Below, piece after piece: positions 49,589 through 56,692 of a DNA stretch of 56,692 nucleotides. The position numbers and the translations under genes are program-made. The notes beneath the pieces were generated by a model. It worked only from the letters and a program-made list of their open reading frames with translations, had not been told where the DNA came from and made no database searches. The DNA lies in assembly GCF_001194135.2 (NCBI RefSeq), contig NC_068991.1:37584525-37641216 (forward strand), given 5' to 3'. Numbering within the stretch: the stretch's first letter is position 1; every line of letters starts with the position of its first letter. This stretch comes from Octopus bimaculoides. Taxonomy: Eukaryota.

Positions 49589-50942
49589 NNNNNNNNNNNN
49601 NNNNNNNNNNNNNNNNNNNNNNNNNNNNNNNNNNNNNNNNNNNNNNNNNNNNNNNNNNNNNNNNNNNNNNNNNNNNNNNNNNNNNNNNNNNNNNNNNNNN
49701 NNNNNNNNNNNNNNNNNNNNNNNNNNNNNNNNNNNNNNNNNNNNNNNNNNNNNNNNNNNNNNNNNNNNNNNNNNNNNNNNNNNNNNNNNNNNNNNNNNNN
49801 NNNNNNNNNNNNNNNNNNNNNNNNNNNNNNNNNNNNNNNNNNNNNNNNNNNNNNNNNNNNNNNNNNNNNNNNNNNNNNNNNNNNNNNNNNNNNNNNNNNN
49901 NNNNNNNNNNNNNNNNNNNNNNNNNNNNNNNNNNNNNNNNNNNNNNNNNNNNNNNNNNNNNNNNNNNNNNNNNNNNNNNNNNNNNNNNNNNNNNNNNNNN
50001 NNNNNNNNNNNNNNNNNNNNNNNNNNNNNNNNNNNNNNNNNNNNNNNNNNNNNNNNNNNNNNNNNNNNNNNNNNNNNNNNNNNNNNNNNNNNNNNNNNNN
50101 NNNNNNNNNNNNNNNNNNNNNNNNNNNNNNNNNNNNNNNNNNNNNNNNNNNNNNNNNNNNNNNNNNNNNNNNNNNNNNNNNNNNNNNNNNNNNNNNNNNN
50201 NNNNNNNNNNNNNNNNNNNNNNNNNNNNNNNNNNNNNNNNNNNNNNNNNNTATATATATATATACATATTTGCGTTTGTTTGTAAAAGCACACTTTCCTC
50301 TGAAGTGGCAAGTAATGAATTTGAGTGTGTAAAGGAGGAGAGAAAAGAGAGAGAGAGAGAGAAGAGAGAGAAAATAAAGAATTAGTGAGCTTGAGAAAGA
50401 AAGAAAGAAAGAAAGAAAGAAACAAAGGAAGAAAGAAAGAAATAAACGAAACGAAAGAGCTAGAGGTAGAGAAAGTAAGAAAGGAAAAATATAGAAATGA
50501 AAAATTTTTATGGAGCATATGAATTTTTCTGCCCTAGTCTCCTATAAATGTAATTATCAACAAGAAGCCACCATTTTCTACAGTCACATGATTTTAATGG
50601 AATGCCATTTGCGTCTGTTTCTTCACTTTTATAGTTCTTTATTTCACTCTTTCTCTTCTCTCCTTTATTACTATGCTTTAATTTATGACTCTCTGCTATA
50701 TTTGCTATTTTAGTTGATTTCCTTCTTATTTTTATACGGGTTACTTCCGAAAATTGATCGTCATTTTACCTTGTTATTGTTATATGGAAATGTTGTTAGC
50801 ATTTGTTTTTGATTGTTTATTTGTTTGTTTGCTTTTTCATTGGTTTTCGTTTCTTATTTTGATTTGTGATCGTTGTTGTTGTTGTTGCTGATGTTTTCGT
50901 TTTTTCACCCTTGTTGTTATATACATATTCACNNNNNNNNNN

Positions 50943-50974
<32 letters not shown>

Positions 50975-51515
50975 GTGTGTGTGGGTGTGGGTGGGTGTAT
51001 GAGTGTGAATGTGTGAGAGTGTTTCCCTTCTTTCGTTACTTGTCTACTATGACATCACTTCAGAAGCTCTATGTGCCATTTTCTCATAAATAACTGTCTA
51101 AATGATTCCGAATCGATTCATATATTTTTCTATTTGTACTCACACACGTGCGCGCGCATATAAACGCTCTCATATGCACACACATACATTCATACACATA
51201 CACATACACATACGTACACATACATACTAACGCACATTCACACATGCACAAATATGGAGTTGCACAGACGCAAATACATAGAAGCATACATTCATATGCA
51301 TTACAGTTACAAATGTGTGTGTGAGCGTGTGTGAGTTTACATAAACATCCATGCAAATATAAAACAAATATAAAAGTATGTATATATAAACATGCATATG
51401 ATATATATAGCATGTATGTATATTAACCACACACACACATATAAAGAGGAAGAGACACACACGCATATCCAAGCACACACGTACACTCACGAGTACATAT
51501 GTTTCTCTCTCTCTT

Positions 51516-51561
<46 letters not shown>

Positions 51562-52096
51562 NNNNNNNNNNNNNNNNNNNNNNNNNNNNNNNNNNNNNNN
51601 NNNNNNNNNNNNNNNNNNNNNNNNNNNNNNNNNNNNNNNNNNNNNNNNNNNNNNNNNNNNNNNNNNNNNNNNNNNNNNNNNNNNNNNNNNNNNNNNNNNN
51701 NNNNNNNNNNNNNNNNNNNNNNNNNNNNNNNNNNNNNNNNNNNNNNNNNNNNNNNNNNNNNNNNNNNNNNNNNNNNNNNNNNNNNNNNNNNNNNNNNNNN
51801 NNNNNNNNNNNNNNNNNNNNNNNNNNNNNNNNNNNNNNNNNNNNNNNNNNNNNNNNNNNNNNNNNNNNNNNNNNNNNNNNNNNNNNNNNNNNNNNNNNNN
51901 NNNNNNNNNNNNNNNNNNNNNNNNNNNNNNNNNNNNNNNNNNNNNNNNNNNNNNNNNNNNNNNNNNNNNNNNNNNNNNNNNNNNNNNNNNNNNNNNNGAA
52001 CTCATCACCTATCAGCTGGCAGTCAAATACATTATCCGCTCGTATATTAACCTCTATGCTCATAAAAAATTATTATTATTATTATTATTATTATTA

Positions 52097-52158
<62 letters not shown>

Positions 52159-52189
52159 GTTATTATTATTATTATTACTATTATTATTG

Positions 52190-52390
52190 AGCTGGTACAA
52201 TCGCTAGAACGTCGTAATAAATTCTTTATGATATTTTTTCCAGTCCTACATTTTGAATTCACCTGCAGCCGAAGTGAAGCTTGCCTTTCATGCCCCCGGT
52301 GTCGATAAAAATAGTACCAGTCACGTACTGGATTCAGTGGCTCCGACAACACCCCAATTAGAATTGCTGGCGTTATTCCGACATCAGAAG
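52190..52390 (+). mobile_element. SINE family B (old)
   Basis: gagctggtacaatcgctagaac...gcctttcatgcccccggtgtcgataaaaatagtaccag homology. Confidence 0.65.
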
Positions 52391-52869
52391 CTGTTGTTGT
52401 CGTTGTTCTTATTACTAGCATAACCGTGTTGTCAAAATGCCGAGAGGGTTCTTAATGATAGAAAATGGCGCATCAAGACAATGGGAGAAACCTTTGATAG
52501 ATGTTAGCAATCGAGATGTACATAACAACGATTTATGTACATGCACAGGAGTGAAGCACTTGAACAACCAGATATTTTGTCGAAAATATTATTGCCCACG
52601 TATTTTGTACCTGTGATAACCGCTTTGGCATGATCACACGAGTCAGACACACAGGCCGAGTGCCTTTCACGTCACCAACCGTCACTTGTTTCCAAGAACA
52701 GTAATATTTCACGAAGCCCAGACACGGTTACGAGGTAGACTAGAAACAAAGATTACCTATTGCATGACGGTGACAATCGCTGAAGTAAGGGGACATTAAA
52801 ACAAATATATATGGATGCATACACACACATACACACAACCACCACAAAGACACACACACATATATATAT

Positions 52870-52902
<33 letters not shown>

Positions 52903-54039
52903 CACATATCTATATCAATATACATATATATATACATGTATATATATGTGTATATACATGTATATACACATATGAAAATATCACAATTATAACAGAGAGG
53001 GCTATAAAAATCCTTACATGCTTAGAAATAGCAGTCAAAGCCGCTAAAAAGACACTATAAACACTCATATATTTCCTCAACCATAAAAGCTATTGGCGAG
53101 CGAAATGATATAAAACTTCAAGATTTGAATAAAAATAAAAGGTTAGTCCTCTATTACAATTTCGAAGTTAGGAACCAAAAGTGGATCCATTCTTCTCTTC
53201 AGGAAAACATTCCTGCACTCAGAAATTAACACAAAAAAATATACCTTCGTGCTTAGCATGTGCCCCAACCAGCAAGAATAATGTATCAACGTCTACCTAC
53301 TCTACCTACACAATTCAATTTCTCGATTCAAACGTCATAAACAGCGTTTATATGAAGAACCCAGTTCAACGAACCACAACGAAAAAATTGGATATGAGTG
53401 AACAATAAATAATAAAAGAAAGAATGTAAAATATATTACGCAGGATATATCATATGGTTGAGGAGATATAATATGAGTGTTTATAGTGATATTTTAGCAG
53501 CTTTGGCTGCTATTTCTAGACATGTAAGTGTTTTTATAACCATGTCCCTTGTAATTGTGATTTTTTCACAATTATACACTCTTCTTTTATGAAAAAATAT
53601 TTTCATTATATGTTTTGGCACTGATATATTCGTAAATAATTTTGAATTGTTTACGATATTCGTGTTCAAGTGAAATTGAGACAGAGACAAAAAAATCGAT
53701 GAGAGAACACCAAATTCGGGCCAACAACTTAATATAACCCCGCGTTTCTATACATTTCATCATCTACAAATAATATCATGGCCTTCAACATATAAAAGAA
53801 AGAAATATTTAAGTACAGATGGTAAAAAAGGATATACGCACATATAAAAATGCAGAATATATAGAAGGGCCTGTCAAGAAAAAGTCTATACAAATCGACT
53901 AAAATCGGTGATCAAAATGAATTACTAAACATATCAATCGACTAAAATATTTTTTTTTTTTGTCTATCGATTAAAAATATATTAAAACAGTTCGTTTTTA
54001 AAAATGAAGCAATCCATGGTGGGTAAGAGAGTTCAAAAA

Positions 54040-54252
54040 AAAAAAGGGGGTGTAGGTCAAAAATCACTTCTGTGGCCATTTCGGGAGTTCACTGCCAGCT
54101 GGTGAACTACTTTGTTGTGAAATTCCTAGAGGGTTCTGTTCATTTTGATGAGAGGGTCATTGCCGAGATGCGCTTTAACTTGCGATCAGACCGCGGCAGT
54201 GAACTCCCGAAATGGCCATAGATGTGATTTTTTTACCTACCCCCACTTTTTT
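54040..54252. mobile_element. Fold-back element / MITE with ~57-bp inverted arms
   Basis: 54073-54096 is the perfect reverse complement of 54195-54218 (24 bp). The arms extend imperfectly to about 57 bp around a 98-nt spacer. No TSD is seen. Confidence 0.6.
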
Positions 54253-54837
54253 ATCCTGTTTATCCTGTTCATGTTATATCATTAGCATTATTCTGTGTTT
54301 GAGAATAAAATCATTACCCTTCTCTGTATCTTTCAATACATATCAACGCTTCTAAATCAAACTTTGCTTGTTGACTTTCAACGTAAGTTGAATTTAATAT
54401 ATANNNNNNNNNNNNNNNNNNNNNNNNNNNNNNNNNNNNNNNNNNNNNNNNNNNNNNNNNNNNNNNNNNNNNNNNNNNNNNNNNNNNNNNNNNNNNNNNN
54501 NNNNNNNNNNNNNNNNNNNNNNNNNNNNNNNNNNNNNNNNNNNNNNNNNNNNNNNNNNNNNNNNNNNNNNNNNNNNNNNNNNNNNNNNNNNNNNNNNNNN
54601 NNNNNNNNNNNNNNNNNNNNNNNNNNNNNNNNNNNNNNNNNNNNNNNNNNNNNNNNNNNNNNNNNNNNNNNNNNNNNNNNNNNNNNNNNNNNNNNNNNNN
54701 NNNNNNNNNNNNNNNNNNNNNNNNNNNNNNNNNNNNNNNNNNNNNNNNNNNNNNNNNNNNNNNNNNNNNNNNNNNNNNNNNNNNNNNNNNNNNNNNNNNN
54801 NNNNNNNNNNNNNNNNNNNNNNNNNNNNNNNNNNNNN

Positions 54838-54883
<46 letters not shown>

Positions 54884-56651
54884 CATACATACATACATAC
54901 ATACATACGTATACACATGTATGCACGTATGTATGTATGTATGTATGTATGTATGTATGTATGTATGTATGTATTCGCATGAAACTCTTCCCAGGCACGC
55001 ACGGCCTAGATTTTCTGTAAGTCTACATCTCTGCAGACCTTCTTGATTCTGAAAGGATGAAATTATAAGAATGTTCTTCAAAACCCGAAACATAATTCGT
55101 AATTTCATTTTATTTATGTATGTATTTAATTAATTTTTATTTTCATCTTTGAAGGAAGGAATTTGGCTAAAGTTACTTTCCTTAAATATACCATATTACG
55201 TGGAATTTACGCACCCTGTTAATATTTGGTTTGGCAGAGGTGATTTCTGCTTGATATATAAGTGCTTCAGAATTGGTTAGGGGTAAAAGTGTTTGTATTT
55301 CTGCATCTAAGAATAACCTCATTTAATTTAGTTTTTACAGGTTTTCAAATTAGGAGCGTTTGATTTAGAGAATTATCATCAAATTGGACTTCGTCCCCTT
55401 TACACATGCTCCCCCCCCCCTCTCTCTCTCTCTCTCATTCTCTTTCAAAATCAATTGCATTGCGCCGTGAGAGGATCATGGATGAGGATTTAGCTAAATC
55501 ATAACATCTTTCCATCTAGAGTGCTACAAAATCCTTCAAAGAAAACATAGCACACGTTGGACACGAAAGAACAACTGTGCTATACGACACGAAAAAGTTT
55601 AAAATTATTCTAGAATGCAATTGTATCTCTATTTAAGATTGCCATCTATTGAGTAGTGGTGACAGTAAATGACTGTCAGGAAAGAAGAAACATTTGTCGA
55701 CTACTTCTTTGACTCTTATTTTTGGATAATGAGAGTATGTGAGATCCTGTCTTTGAACTCGCTAGTTTTCAGTGCTTCATTGTAGTCGTGGATCACATTA
55801 CAGTATTCAGTAGTTGGTGACATGTGTGAGACTATTTTAATAATGTTACGAATCGGGCTCTGCTTGAATGACAGGAGACTATATTAATATACGTGAGTTT
55901 TGCATATGTTTCTCATTATCCATAATTAATTTTAAATTAACATCTAAAACACTTCAAATACTTAGGTTGGAGGTTATACTTACTTTTAGGTCGAACATTT
56001 TTAAGGTATTGATAAAAGGCTGACATACAAACTGGTTTATACATTTTCCTCCTTCAACGTTTAGTGAAATATTGATAAAATCTTGTATATACATTTTGTA
56101 AAGGATTGCGTGTAGAGAAACATTCTGTATTTGATAGATACATTACTTCCAAGAAAGCTACGAGAAAGAGAAACGGAGAGTCACAGAGAAATAAAAGAAA
56201 TAAAGGAGAAAGAGAGAGGAAACTAACAAACTATTAAATGGGCAGAGATGCCGGTACACACGAGATTTCTTCCTTCATTTGATCTTCCGGAGAAATTCCT
56301 GGTTTTTTTCTACCTATCCCCTTCAGTTTATTTCATGTGAAGGATACAACAACATAACAGTCTCACGCACACATGCATGCGTGCGCACGCGTACTCCCTC
56401 ACACACTCAGACACAGATTCACGCATACATGCACTCACTCAATCACACTCTTATTTAGATGAATTCATACCTCTCCCAAGCACCACAAAGTCACATCCAT
56501 TTAAATTGTTAACTGGTTTATATGCTCTCGCTTTCTCTGCCAAGCTCTACTACTCTCCCCACTCTCTCGCTATATAAATATGCATGTGTGTAAGAAGCTT
56601 CAGAAAGAAACACATTTATACACGCAAACACACTCACATACTCTCATACTC

Positions 56652-56692
<41 letters not shown>

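Noticed and set aside
54975-55125. Possible third RLE-LINE 3' end abutting (TACA)n
   Set aside because: It is too short, and its 3' UTR does not match the 16995-17100 copy, so the family cannot be supported.

Overview
This is repeat-saturated eukaryotic non-coding DNA from a gapped draft assembly; about 20 N-runs are present and almost all are flanked by microsatellites. The SINE families and the extreme microsatellite density point to a coleoid cephalopod, most likely Octopus (inference). I cannot support any intact host protein-coding gene, and nearly all listed ORFs are microsatellite or N artefacts. The window holds four tRNA-derived SINE families (~25 copies or fragments) and two Penelope-like (PLE) relics. 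It also holds RTE, R4/Dong-like and HERO-like LINE fragments, a non-autonomous Helitron with both termini, a hAT MITE with a perfect 8-bp TSD, a piggyBac-like MITE and several unexplained fold-backs. The most interesting signal is in the PLE at 33399-35804. Its two inverted ~370-bp terminal repeats each carry an identical minimal type-I hammerhead ribozyme motif in which the normally invariant C3:G8 core pair is replaced by a compensatory A3:U8 pair. All family names come from motif recognition by eye, not database searches.
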